Shown one piece after another: positions 1-53,436 of a DNA stretch of 64,000 nt (position 1 is its first letter; each line of letters begins with the position of its first letter). A program made the translations under genes and the position numbers. Origin of the DNA: Mobula birostris (taxonomy: Eukaryota); contig NC_092396.1 in NCBI RefSeq assembly GCF_030028105.1, positions 20,667,820-20,731,819 of the forward strand. Reading direction: 5' to 3'. The notes below the pieces were generated by a model, which was given only the letters and a program-made list of their open reading frames with translations, did not search any database and was not told the origin of the DNA.

Positions 1-415
1 CGACTTGTGAATTGTCCAGGTTGCGAGCAGTGCCCAGGAATGGAACCTTGCCGTAATCTGGGATTCTTCCTGAGTGTTCCAGCTGTCAGAAAAATATAGA
101 TGTCTAGCTCAAAGGACACCTGCAGCTCCACTAGGTACTTTGATTTGAAATGTTAGACCATTTCCATCACACAGTACTGAAGGCCTTTAACTACTTGGAA
201 ACACATTGAAGAGGAAACAGCAGAGTACCCCTTCTATGCCGAGAAGGATCACCCCTTTGGATGAATTGAAGAGAACAAAGAAAAAGTAGGGTTCCATTGA
301 TGTCAGGTCAATCAGGCTTCACTCTGAAATCCACTTGGTGCAGAGAATACATGGCTGTTGGGTTGGGGCTTGTATTGGATCGTGGAGAATGGTGTTAACT
401 ATCTGATTGGTGCAG

Positions 416-5010
<4,595 letters not shown>

Positions 5011-5871
5011 ATCAGACTTCTCCAGTAGCTCTTACACTATACATGGGGCTGAATCTACAAGCTGAAAGTTATGAGATTACTTACCTAGGTTTTAATTTGG
5101 AAGGTGACTGGTGAACCCCTCAGTGCTGCAAGCTAGAATTCCCCAGCCCTCACAGTTGCAGGAGGCCCTGACTGGTGATAAATCAGTCCCAGCATACCAG
5201 AACCGCTGAGTGACAGACAGCCTCCGAGGGAGACTGGGGAAAGAATAGTTTCTGGCATTGTCAGGGTATCCAGGGATGGTGGTAGTGTTGAGTGAATTTT
5301 GTGCACATTATATGCCCATAGTATTCTTTATGAAAAATACTTGCCTAGATTTTTGGTAAGGACAATCTCCTTAATATTTTTAATTTTGTCATATTTCTAT
5401 TTCCAGCTGACAGCATGGAAATCATGATTATTTTTTGTCAAAAGAGATCACACCATTGATGCAGGCAAAAGTGCTGAGTCAGGTGGCATCCCTTACTTAT
5501 TTATGAATGTGTAATCCGCCAGTCATCTTACTAAGCCTGAGTTGTAACATAGCAGAGCAGATAATTTGGCCACTAATTCAATTAGGGAAGAAAAGGTCAA
5601 ATATATAATCCAGTATAGGGAATTGCTTCCAGAGGCTAACTGTAGGTTACGTCACATGAATAGGGGTGAAATGCAGCAGGAAATTGATGTTCAGCTATCT
5701 TGACATTCAGCAAACTTGCTGGATTCCACAGCACTGCTTTGAAAAATGGATGACTGAATGGTAACAACCTGAGTTCCAGCATTTTGTATGCTGGTTTCCA
5801 GCTTTTGCAGTCTCTCCTGTGTCTACATGTAGAATCAAAATTATTAGGAACACAAAATTATGTTTGCATTG

Positions 5872-5877
5872 AATAAA
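5872..5877 (+). terminator. Probable polyadenylation signal of AKR7A
   Basis: First AATAAA I found after the stop at 5010, followed by T-rich sequence. Confidence 0.55.
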
Positions 5878-6683
5878 AAAACTTGATTCACTTCGTGCAT
5901 TTAATGTAATTGCTTAATTTCTTATTTTGGGGATTCATACGCAGATGTATTGAGTATCAATTTTTTAACAGCCATAGATTGTTCAGATTAAAAGTTCAGC
6001 CACAATATACTACTACTTTCCTAACAGCATCTCAAACACTGTTGAAGGCTGGTCAGGTAAACTGCATAATTGCTAATTACATTTACATGGGATCTCAATT
6101 GCTAATGACAAATAGTGCATGTCATATGCACATAATAGAAAATGGCTAAACCATAGCTTAATCATTTCAGAAATTCAAGGGTTCAGAATTTATGCACCAT
6201 CATAACTGGCTTTATTTTTTTTATACCAAAACGGCACTCTTGTACCTGGAGCATTGTACTGTTACAGGAGCTATCTGGTCCACTGTTACAAACAGATATT
6301 AAAAAATCTAGGGGTTCTGACTGATAGCATTTAAAGATAAGTCCATATTTTGCTTCCCCATCTCGGTATCTCATTGTCCATATTAGCCACCTCTTACAAC
6401 TGTGACTGCATTTCAAAACCATGAGGTGCAAAGTCCTCTGTTGCATCAAAGGGTTTTCCTTTAATTACTGACATGTTTTATTAATGTTGCATTTCCCTGG
6501 ATGTTGGTATAAGAGTCAATTCACCACTTGGTGAGACTTGACTAAAGGGCCATCATGGTTCACACATTTATTTAAAAAGCTGCACTGAAGTTGGTTTCTG
6601 CAAATATAACAATTCACCTCTCATTCAATCCATTGCTCAGTCACACAGATGTCAAGCACAGGACAAAGCCCTCGAACTCCTTG

Positions 6684-9600
6684 CTAGTCATCCGTCACTG
6701 CCATATCTTTGCTTTTTCCAACATCAATGGCTCCCAGTTTTTCAAATTCACCAGTTTCAGAGTTCCATAGACAGTTCATTGTCACTTTGAAGGTGGCCAT
6801 CTCAATACCAAATAGTTTCTGGAAAACAACCAAGTGATCAGTGTAAACATCTTAGGAGACTTTCCGTATACTTTATTCCACAGGAGATTATGTGAGCACT
6901 CTGTATTTGGAAATGCCCTATATGTGGAGATAAGTTTCTCCACATATTAGTATTCTGTCTCAGTGTGAGGTGGAGGTTCTAAATATGTTGGTAAATGAAG
7001 ACAATGCCTTAATTTAAACCAGAAAACTAAATTAATTGTTCCTCCGGTTCTTGTACTCATTTTTTGACCTCCGTCCAAGGAAATAACAAAAATTAAAGGT
7101 ATGCTTTAAAACAAAATACTAACCAGAAGGCGCGCCTGTTCAGCTGTCAGAGTGGCTCCCTCTTTACATACTTCGTAATCACTCAACAGTGTCACGACAC
7201 CTAGAAGACAAATTGTATGAATAATTACTGTTGGAATTTAGCTTTCAAGTTTTCTTATCTGCTGCTCTTATCATATCTTACGCAGAATCTATGTTAACCA
7301 TTACTGTACCTTTCTTCAGTGCGGTTGGTAACCCGAGTTGCCGCAGCTGCGGCTCCATGGAGTGTGTGAACTGCGGCAACGGCCCAGCATCGAGCGTAAC
7401 GGCCATTGTAGCTTTGTTCCCGGATCGTGCAAAATCAGACTCTGTGTACTGATCAAACCACCTGGTGATCAAGACGTGAATAGAGATGTGTTGGACAACT
7501 CATCAGAAGTATGGTAAAAGAACAGGAGCAGAATACTAGTCAGGGAAAGCAATTAAAGTTGTGAGACTCACTCAATCACCTCTGCCTTTGTGCGGTTGGT
7601 GAACAGGAGACCAACTTCACCTTGCAAATGTTCACTGACCTTCAAAGTTAAGTTTTAGGAGATTGTTAAACATTGTTGATGCTCTAAACATTGAACAGGC
7701 CATGGAGAAATAAGGCAAGGTAAAGTTTTCTTGGTAACAATTGACATTTTAAAAAAAATCTCATAAACCTAAAAGCTTTATCCTCTGTGCTGCTGAAGTA
7801 TACAGTTATACAGCCAGTCATCAAGAACTCACCTTGTGCAAACCATCCTTGTATTCATCTGCCGGTCCTTTTCCCAGAGCCACCATCATCACTTTATTTT
7901 TACCAAAGAAGAACCTACACAAGTACAGTATAAAGTAGTTAAGACATTTTCTATATTAGGGTTAGTTGGCATAAATTATAAACCACATTACCATAGAGTC
8001 GACAAGGAGACCTCCTAGAAGAATGTCTGTTCTGGACCCTTGGATTTTCAACATAAAAATAAAAAATAGAAAGCTATGCATGTTAATTTACTGACAATGA
8101 GTTTGGTGGCTCAGGAAAGAAGTTACAGACAATAATATAAAGTAAATGGCCGGACTAAATGAGCAAATAGTATTAATTGCGAGGTCTGTGTTAATCAGTT
8201 TAGAGTATTTTTTCCTCTTGTGAGAAACCAGGAATTAAAGAGGGACAGAGATTTTGAAAATAGACTGACATCTACCAAAGTTTATGGATCCAAGGTAAAT
8301 AAATAAAATCAAGCATATAACTTATATGAGGGGCATTAACAGCATAGCATGCCAGTGCAGAGTTAACACTGACGTTCAGCCACACAAGGCGCCTCAGGGT
8401 AAACAACTAAATTGTTAGACAACATGGAAGAAGGTTATTTGCCCTCATCAAATACTGAATGTCACACCAGAAATGTAAAACATTGGAAGGACAAAGGGAG
8501 ATGATGGTGAGGTGGAGCAGTGTCACCTGCATACAGTTGGAGCCCATTTTGCCCAGAACTCCTTGTACGAATTATTCTGATCTGTACCCAAACACAAAAT
8601 GACATTGTTTTTGATTATATTGCTAAGGAATATTGTGAAGGAAAAATTTGGGGTGTGAGTCAAAGGTAGATCCTGGGAAGGCACTGGAAACAAAGTCATT
8701 ATGATGAATCTGGTTACAATTAGATTAAAAAAAAACAAAACAAGATGATGGACTCAAAACTTGGCACTTTAAGGAGTTTGGGAGGGTGAGGTGATCAACA
8801 AAGCCTAAACATACAGAATTGTATGCAGGTATCACATTTGTGGTTCAATAACAGGACATTTTAAGGATCGGATAAGAGCTGTTCTGGTATAGATCAGAAT
8901 AACTCAAATAAGGAGTTTTGGCTAGATAGCATAGATCAGTTCCAGTTTAATTGAATGGCCAAAGACGTTCAAGGGGGTGGAAAAGCTCACCCAAGTTAAT
9001 GACACTGTGGGCTTCCTCCAAGTGCTCCACTTTCCTCTCACGTTTCAAAGATAAGATGAATAGGTTAATTGGTCACATGTAATTGGGCGGCATAGGCTCA
9101 TTGGGCTGGAAGGGCCTTTTACTATGCTGTATCTCAAAATAAATAGATTCTCTTCTACACAAGTAAATCTACTTCAGCTGTTCTGGATCTCTTGTTAAGA
9201 TATTTGGAGAAGGAAGTTAACCATCAGTAATTTAAGGAACAAATATATCAAGTGACTCACCGGCTGTGTTTCCAGGCACACCGCATGTCCTTCAATTTGT
9301 TATTTCTCATGTTGTCGATGGAAAAGACAAAGAGATTTGTGTAGATGTCCACACATTTTCGCAACTTAAAAAGAGAAAATTGTCAACATACATCAGTCAC
9401 AGGAAAGCAAACTGTCTCTACCGGCAGCTTTTCCAGATTTTGCATCAAACACTTAAGGAACCATTAAACCCGAAAGACAGATAATAGCAACTTACATTTA
9501 TGAATGTTGTATTTCTAAAATTTTGCTGAGATCCAGTTAGTGTAGTGTGCTCGTTTTATGAGACTTTTTGTATTATAACAAATATTATTTAACCTCAGTA

Positions 9601-12175
9601 ATAGGAATAATGGACATGAGATTCAGTACGGGAGGAATTATTATCTTTCTTTTGTGAAATACTTTGAAAGGCTACATTATCTACATGTTTGTTAGTTTAT
9701 TTTAAGATTAACTGTTCAGAAACCAATGTTTTATTGAGATCATTGTATTCATGCATTTTTAATCTTTTGGGTTTCTGTTAACCAAGTTTTTTTTGAACCG
9801 GTTTCCTTTACAGAAAAAAACCATTTTCCATTAGTTTCAATGTACAAATTTTAACAAAACAACAATGCAATGTAATTCCTGCATAAATTTTGAAACAGCT
9901 ATGATGTGATTTTAATGAACAAACCTGTCCAAAACACCTCATAGGAATAAAAAACTTCATGGAAAGTTATGAAGCAAAAGTTTGGATTAAGTTTAGAGGG
10001 GGACCTTATAAGCGTTAGAAGAAAAAGTTCTAAATAAATGAAAGAATCAGAAGCTGGGAGCACTAAGGACACGGAGGGATCAGAATAGCAACATGACAAA
10101 CCAAAGCTTGAGAAATTTCCTTTTCAGAAACTAATGAATGGGAAGGACCTGATGACTTTTGGGATAGGAAAAGGATTTATGACAGCTTAGCTTATAAAGC
10201 AAATCGCTCATTTGAAGATGCAGTTCACCCATGCCTTCATCACATTCCTCAACATTTCGATGTCCCCAACACGTAAGTGAGGATCTTGTTTGTGGATTTT
10301 AGCTCTGCTTTAACACTATTGTTCGGGAGTTGTTCCACGGAAAGCTAACCCAGCTACCTGTACCCTACAGTATCTATCAGTGGATTATGAACTTCCTGAC
10401 AGGAAGGAAGCAGTATTTAAGGTTGGGCTCCCACTTGTCTGATCTAATGTCAATAAGCTTAGGCTCACTCAGGCGTAACACCCTAACTGTCTCTGCACAA
10501 CATCCGTTAAATGTCTACGTTGCTCTTCTTGTTCTGATGATAAGTACTGAGTCTGTTTATATGTTCACACTTAAATATTTAAATCTGATTATTGACATTT
10601 GCATGTGTGACCGGTTTGTTAATTGTTGACTGCTCATGGCTGTTTGCACTATTGTAAGTCTTGGTTGCAATTGTGTTGTCTGTAATGGTATTGTCCCGCA
10701 TTTTACACGTGGCACTGAACCACAGTCAATTCTGGTATGTTTCACATACTGGCAAGGATGAGATTGTGATTCAAACACTTTTTTGATCACCTCATGGTAG
10801 ATTTCAGCATCTTTCTACCTCTGGCATTAGGGTAAGCGTTCAGGAGGTCCCCATTTTCTCTCCACCTCCGTTTTAATGGGCTCACCTTTGCAATCATCCA
10901 ATCCACTGCAACAATTACAAAATCTACAGAATAATACCATCACTCAGATTAGCTTTGTGTTCATGATATCGAATAAGACTCAACGTCTAAACTGCAAGTG
11001 AGAATGCAAGGACTTTGTTGGCTGCAAGTGCATTACAAATGAGGTGGAAATGACAATGTGTCAAACTGATGGTGGAACGTTGAGAAAATGAATGATCTGG
11101 GACAGAAAGGGTCAGAAGCATTTGATGGCTGGAGTTTAGAAAATGATGGGGATCTCTCTGAAACCTACTGAATATTGAAAGGCCTAGAAAGAGTGGATGT
11201 GGAGAGGATTTTTCCAATAGTGGGGGAAGTCTAGGACCAGAGGGGACAGCCTCAGGGTAAAGGGGATCCATTTAGAACAGAAATAAGGAGGAATTTCTTT
11301 AGTCAGAAGGTGGTAAGTCTGTGGAACTGATTGCCACAGACAGCTGTGTAGGCCAACTCATTGAGTATATTTAAAGTGGAGGATAATTACTAATGGTGTC
11401 AAAGGTTATAGGGAGAAGACAGGGGAATAGGATTAATAAGGAGAATAAACCAGCAATGATTGAATTATGGAGTCGATGGGCTGAATGGCCAATTTCCCCT
11501 CTCATGTCTAAATTTGTTTCTGTAACGAGTGGAAAGGGCGAGTAGCAGAAAGTAAGCAATTTCCACAGGATAGATTCAGCAAAAGCTGGTCTGAGTGAGA
11601 GCATGGACACAGAAAATGCAGACACAAGCGCGTGCAGATGCTGGAATCTGAACAACAAGGGACGAATAGATTACAAGCCTTGACTCGAAAGTTCGACAGT
11701 CCATCTCTTCATAGTTACTACCTGAACTGTTGAATTCCTCCAGCACCTTTTCTGTTAAAAATACAATTGGAGAGTGCTGACAGTTTGCTTTGTTCGGTGT
11801 AAATTAATTGTAGACTCACCTCCTCGATTAAGCTTTGTTTGATCTGTAATCCTTTCTTCGTTGTTTTAGTCAAAGAAACTGGAAAAATAAATATAGTCCC
11901 AAGTTAACGGATGGATTTAACAGAACCCAGGCTCTAAGCCTCCAGCAACACACATAAAAATTGCTGGTGAACACAGCAGGCCAGGCAGCATCTCTAGGAA
12001 GCGGTACAGTCGACGTTTCGGGCCGAGACCCTTCGTCAGGACTAACTGAAAGAAGAGATAGTAAGAGATCTGAGCCTCCAGCTTTGGTTTTGCTGAAACT
12101 TTGGGACTTCGATAAACTGTTGGTCAGACAACAGGCCCCGCTCTTACCTCGTTTGTCACGCCGGGATCGCGGCAT
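6684..12175 (-). CDS. MRTO4: mRNA turnover protein 4 homolog (60S maturation factor), 234 aa: complement(join(6684..6818,7124..7200,7310..7461,7572..7639,7833..7914,9261..9364,11820..11878,12148..12175))
   Basis: Exons give [44 protein letters not shown]...[20 protein letters not shown].../[17 protein letters not shown].../[17 protein letters not shown]...[31 protein letters not shown].../[12 protein letters not shown]...TDD*; 705 nt, all introns GT-AG. Confidence 0.97.
9005..9145 (+). mobile_element. Partial V-SINE (HE1-like)
   Basis: Similar to the core and tail of the SINE at 42716-43010. Confidence 0.6.
10230..10480 (+). mobile_element. Rex1/Babar-type LINE RT fragment
   Basis: [14 protein letters not shown] and [11 protein letters not shown] motifs. 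Confidence 0.65.
11140..11515 (+). mobile_element. CR1 LINE 3' fragment
   Basis: Similar to the CR1 3' ends at 3400-3790 and 47024-47340. Confidence 0.75.
11947..12068 (-). mobile_element. Short Penelope-like terminal fragment with target-site duplication, in MRTO4 intron 1
   Basis: Near-identical to the termini at 13952 and 57677; flanked by TCT(A/G)AGCCTCCAGC at 11933-11946 and 12069-12082. Confidence 0.85.
12007..12044 (-). ncRNA. Minimal type I hammerhead ribozyme motif (Penelope-associated), intact core
   Basis: Minus strand tagtc-CTGACGA-a-gggt-ctcg-gccc-GAAA-cg-TC-gactg: stem I, catalytic core, stem II, loopless palindromic stem III. Confidence 0.7.
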
Positions 12176-12685
12176 GGTGACGGCGCTGTTCCTGCTTTAA
12201 CGGCGAGGTGCACGGATCGGATCGGGGCTGTCGCTGCCCCGGAGGCCGGGTGTACTGGCCCGGTGGTTAATCGAGTTGCGTGGTGCTGTCACTCTCCGGC
12301 ACACCGACCGACCCTACCGCTGAGTCAGGTTACCTCACCCCGAGGCTTACTCGAGTCGACTGTCCAGCACTAAAGCCGTTAAAAGTTGGATCGACGCATG
12401 TTTGTCAATTCATCTAACTAATACAAATATTTCCCAAGCCGGAATCTGGAACCGTGCGGCCTTATTTAAGATCGGGCCGAGGATCAGCTCAACTCACATT
12501 GAGACTCCTGATCGACTCGACTCCCTTTGCTCTGTGGGAAACCGGAGGTCTCGAATTCCGGCACGTTCTGGGCGATTGGAGGACTCGGAACGCTGTGTGT
12601 ACTGGGATAGTGGAGGTCTCGGTTGCCCCGGCACGCTGGGGCCCGGATGCCAGTGCTCTCTGGGATATTGGAGGACCGGGGCGTG
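12176..12685. promoter_or_regulatory. CpG-rich bidirectional promoter and 5' UTRs of MRTO4 and EMC1
   Basis: 510 bp between divergent ATGs (12175 -, 12686 +); dense CpG from about 12130 to 13000 in an otherwise CpG-poor window. Confidence 0.85.
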
Positions 12686-48824
<36,139 letters not shown>

Positions 48825-51599
48825 ATGTCATCACATTATAAGAATATAGTTGTCTCCTCGTTGAGTGGAGCCGAAGATGGGTGCAACCTTAATAAGGACA
48901 CAAATGTTCTTATGCCCATGTACATACTATGTATATTTTTGGTAACACACTCTCAGTTGGAAACAGAGTGACGGACACTTTCACGAGCAGATTTTATGAA
49001 AAGTTGGTTTCATTGTTGTAAAAATTAATTTGTATCTATTGATCAGAATTTTTTTGAGATGAATGGTATTTTTGTTCATGTAAAATGGCTAGGAGATGAA
49101 AGGGGAACTTTTGAAGGTAATGTGTAACAATTAATGACTGCTGAATTTGAATGTTTCCTGGTGCTCTGCTTTTAATCTTTAGCCTTTGCTGCATTTTTAG
49201 AACTGGTTGATACTTTATTTGAAGATGGATGTTGCCTCTAGCTCAGGTTCCCTATAAATATGAATGCTGGACACTAGCTTCATTGTCCCTCATTGGACAG
49301 AAAACCTTGGTCTTTTTGTCTAACGTTCTGATAATGTCCCTTCAGTCTAATTCTCATCTGTGAGGCAGGATACACACCGTTTTGGTAAGAGCTGAGTTCA
49401 CCATGCCACTAGGTGATGTTGTCTTCCCCGTAACACCATCCACCCTTCAGCATCATCTGCAATCCCAAAACAATTAATTGGATAATAAACTACTGACTTA
49501 CATCTTTTAATGACGCGGTTATGTTTACCTCTTCCCTAAGTGAAATAAGAAAAGTTTCTATAATTGCATGTTGATAATATTTGAGGTGATTGATGTGGGA
49601 CAGTTGATTGATTCTTGCAAGAATTTGCAAAGTGTACTGTTATTTTTTTTAATTGTATTGCCAAGTTGGTGTGTGAGGAAGTTTGCAATTGTTGAGTGAA
49701 TCTCCACCCAACAAATGTGTGAAAGAGAAAAAAAAGTGAAAAAAAATTGACATTTGAAGGTGTACAATAAGAATAGAGGACTTAAACTGTTTTGGATATT
49801 TAATATTTGACTGCTGAAAATCTGACTTTGACAGAGATTTAGAGTCAATTTAAAATGTGCAATGGATGAGTGAATTAACAGAATTTTAAGCCTGAATACC
49901 TGAGAGTCTAATTATTTGCCCAAGTTGCATCATTGTTTTATAAGAAAGTGGGGGGGGGGGTTTCAAATGATCATTGTAACCTTCTCCTTGTTAGGTGTTT
50001 TACTCCCTCCATTGCCTAAAATTTAAATACAGCCACATCAAAAACATTGATACTGAACTGATAATGCATTAAAATTAATGCATTGAAATTTGTTAAATAG
50101 AGATAGTAATTTATGTTTGAGATATTGTTTTTGAAACCATTAAATGTTACTGTGACACTGAACTTGGTTTTCTCCTCCTTTAATTGTAGTTGGTGTGTGG
50201 GATGGGAAATAACAAAATCCACAGTAATATGTCAGAGAAATTGTTGGATTTGTTGTTGACACGTATGGACCATTACTTTTTCTTTTCACTGTGGGCTGCA
50301 GTGTATTTTTTGATCTTTATTCTAATTTCAGCATTTTAAATTTATAACATTTGTAAAGGTTATCAATGTCCTGGCATTTAATACAATGGCTGGGTTTTGC
50401 TACAGCGAGCTCTCATCTTTGTTATAAAAAATAATTGTGTACCTTGCAAACCAAATAACATCTGTGAAATAGCAAGGCCCACAAGAACAATGAGACAAAT
50501 AACTGTCTTGGATATGTTGATTGACAGAAGTGTGGGCCAGATAACTGCAGAGATCTCCTGGCTCCAGTATAATGGATCATTTGTTTCCTCGAGTGAACAG
50601 ATAATATTTCTGACAATACAGCACTCAGTACTGTCCTAAATTCTCATATTGGGTTATGTGCTTGATACAGATTAGAATCCTCAAACTCTTGAGTTTTATT
50701 AATGAATCAAGGTCAACAGCTTGCAAATACAGTAAGTTACTGTGGGCAGAACATTCACGAAAGTGCATATTTACTGTTTGTGAAGATTGCCTTCAATCTT
50801 TTCTCAAGGTGCATTTTGGAAATTTTAATGTACAATTTACCCTAAGATCTTCAAATGGGTTTATGCCTAAATAGACAAATGCAAAACCACAGTCTTGGAT
50901 GCTATGTAGATTTTGGCCTTTCTGCTCTTTTTTTGTTGCCTAGATGATTTTCCTATGGCAAAGGAAATTATAGTTCAGATCTGAAAATTTCAGTGATGTA
51001 AGAAGGATTTATAGCCAGTATCTCAGTATTTCAGAGGGAGGAAAAAAATGAAAATTCACTTGTGCTTTCATTATTGCTGCTTTTCTTGTCTCATGAACAA
51101 TCTAGGTTAGATCAATGCAAAACTGTCAACAATTAATTTCAAAACGATCTTAATTTTTCTCACAATAATTAATAGCGCATGTGAAATAGTGGAATTGGAT
51201 GGAGGTGGAGGAATAACATGGTCCAGATAAAAAATATCGTGTTGGAGACCTAAACTTGTAGATTTGATATAATTGATATTTTACGTTAACTATTTTTGCA
51301 ATTGTGTATGTCGTTGGTTTCCCCTTGTGTTCTTTTACGTATTTATTCGCATGTTATTCTTAGTTTTGACCATCTTTGGCTTGGATGTACGTTTGTATGT
51401 TCAATTGTAATAAACTAGGGGTCGATACAGCGCAGCTGAAAATGAGCCATGTCACCTGACTTTTTTAACGCCAGGAATTTCAAAGCTAAAACACCAAAGA
51501 GGAAAGATTAAAGTTAATTAAGTTTAAAAATGTGGGAAAACAAGTCGAAAACATGATTCGCCCCCCCCCCCCTCCCCCCTTGTTCTGATGAAGTGAGAC

Positions 51600-51761
51600 C
51601 TATGTATTTCGAGAGCTCAATAGCCGGGAAGAGCTGAAGGTCTCGTTGCTCGGAGGGTTTGGCAGTCCGGAACCGCTTGCGCTGCGCACCAGCGGTGTAA
51701 CGCGCCTGCGCATGGTTCTTCTCGGAAGGTTCAGTCCGTTGCACTGGTCTGCCCACGGAAG
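51600..51761 (+). promoter_or_regulatory. CpG-island promoter / 5' UTR of UBR4
   Basis: CpG-rich; NRF1-like GCGCCTGCGC at 51702-51711, ETS-like CGGAA motifs near 51668, 51723 and 51756, YY1-like AAGATGGCG over the ATG. Confidence 0.7.
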
Positions 51762-51895
51762 ATGGCGCAGAACTCGGCTTCGGCCCAGCAGCCTGATCCC
51801 GACTGGAGTGCCGCCGTCCGCCCGCTTCTCGCTGCTTCCTATTCCACCTTTGAGCCGCGAGATATTTCTCAGCTCTTCAGCTCGGTCATAAACAG
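51762..51895 (+). CDS. UBR4: E3 ubiquitin ligase UBR4 (p600), coding exon 1; remainder beyond the window
   Basis: MAQNSASAQQPDPDWSAAVRPLLAASYSTFEPRDISQLFSSVIN(S) resembles human WEVAVRPLLSASYSAFEMKELPQLVASVIES; donor AG|gtaac; expected syntenic position. Absent from the ORF track. Confidence 0.92.
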
Positions 51896-53436
51896 GTAAC
51901 GTGAGAAATCGTGTTTCACAGACGGCCAGGGAGGAGGAAGCCGACTGGGTCAGTCCCAGCATCAACCCTGGGCCGTCGGGCTTCCCGTTGCTTCTGTGGC
52001 CGTACGAGACCACTAGCTGCACATACGGTCTTTGATTCTAACGGGGTATCTGAGCGAATGTCAGGATACAGCTGCAAATCCCTCGGCCTAAAACAACAGC
52101 CGGGAACTTTCTAGAATACGATGGAAAGGAGGGGAGGTGCCGCGGTGTTTTACAAACCGCACCCCTTGTTCTTTAGCATTGATAGAATTTATGCCCTTCC
52201 GGCTCTACAATACTCCGCACCCTTATTCTGTTTTCATTTCATAACGACTTGCATATAAACAATGCGATTATCCCCCAACGTTTCACTAATTACATTTGGA
52301 TTGCGATCAGTGGCAGAAACGCGGGGATGCCCAGAGAAGTGGTTTTAATGAAGGTCAAAGGAGGCGGTAGGGTTTAGGGAAGGGATTTCAGGAGCCAAAC
52401 TGCCTGCCTCGGCCGCCAGTGGCCGGGACTTAGAAACAAAGAACGTTCAGGAAGCTGGGGTAGAATGATAAAGTTCAGTCAGTTGGATAAGATTGATTTG
52501 AAATAAGCTATTTAGCGCCTATATTGCTTGCTCATCAGACATGAACAGTGCTATATAATTTTTAGTGATTGGCTGCACCGGAGTTGTATTACTCCTGTGA
52601 TTTTCTTACTGGCAAGATCCAAATTAATGAAGTTCGTGTATCTAGGTGCCTGGTAATCTGGAGAGTTTGCACAAGTTCCCTCCCAATATTTCCAGAGGCT
52701 TGCCACAAATAAATGGAGCAAGCCAGAGGAATCTGCATCACTGAGTATTTTTCTCTACTGGTTAAAACTCTGAGACAGTCAGTATCGGTGGAAAGAAAAA
52801 TCATTTTATTATCTCTCAAAGCAGGAAAAGTTTAAAAATAAAATATTACTGTGAAGTCATGGGGGGGGGGGGGAGAGGAGAGTTAGAAAAAATTGCAAAA
52901 TGATGGGGACCAGGATAAATTCTTCTTTCTTTCTGTCTCATATTTTCTCCAGGGGTGGTCATTAGGTAAATACAAAATGTCTGAAAGGGTGTTTGGGGGG
53001 GAAAGCAGAGAGGTGGTTTCTGCCAAATTGCTCTCACAACAGAAGGTATAGAACCAATAGTGAAATAGTCTTCTCTGGCTGTAATCGTTAGAGCTTTATA
53101 AAAAGCCTTAACCTAGATCTCCCGAGAATACCAAGATGGTCATCCTTCCTGCCATTGTTTCTCTTTCTCCACATCTTTCTGTTTTAATTTGCAGTCACTT
53201 CACAGTCGTCCAGTCTTGTGTGTTCCAGGACTAAAGAGTAATGCCATCAGATAATTATTGCTTTTGTTTTGCTGAGTATTCTTTACCATTCTTATGAATC
53301 CTTTCATATTTTTTCTGTATGCTTGTATTTTGTTCCTCTATCTGTCTTGTACAGAGTCTTCCTGTTCATTTGGAGCAGTGGTATCACAAAATATTCACTC
53401 ACGTTTATATTTATATAAAAGCCTAGATTTTCTGCT

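Noticed and set aside
51514-52114. Several ORFs over the CpG island
   Set aside because: Stop-poor GC-rich sequence; the real coding frame is UBR4 exon 1.
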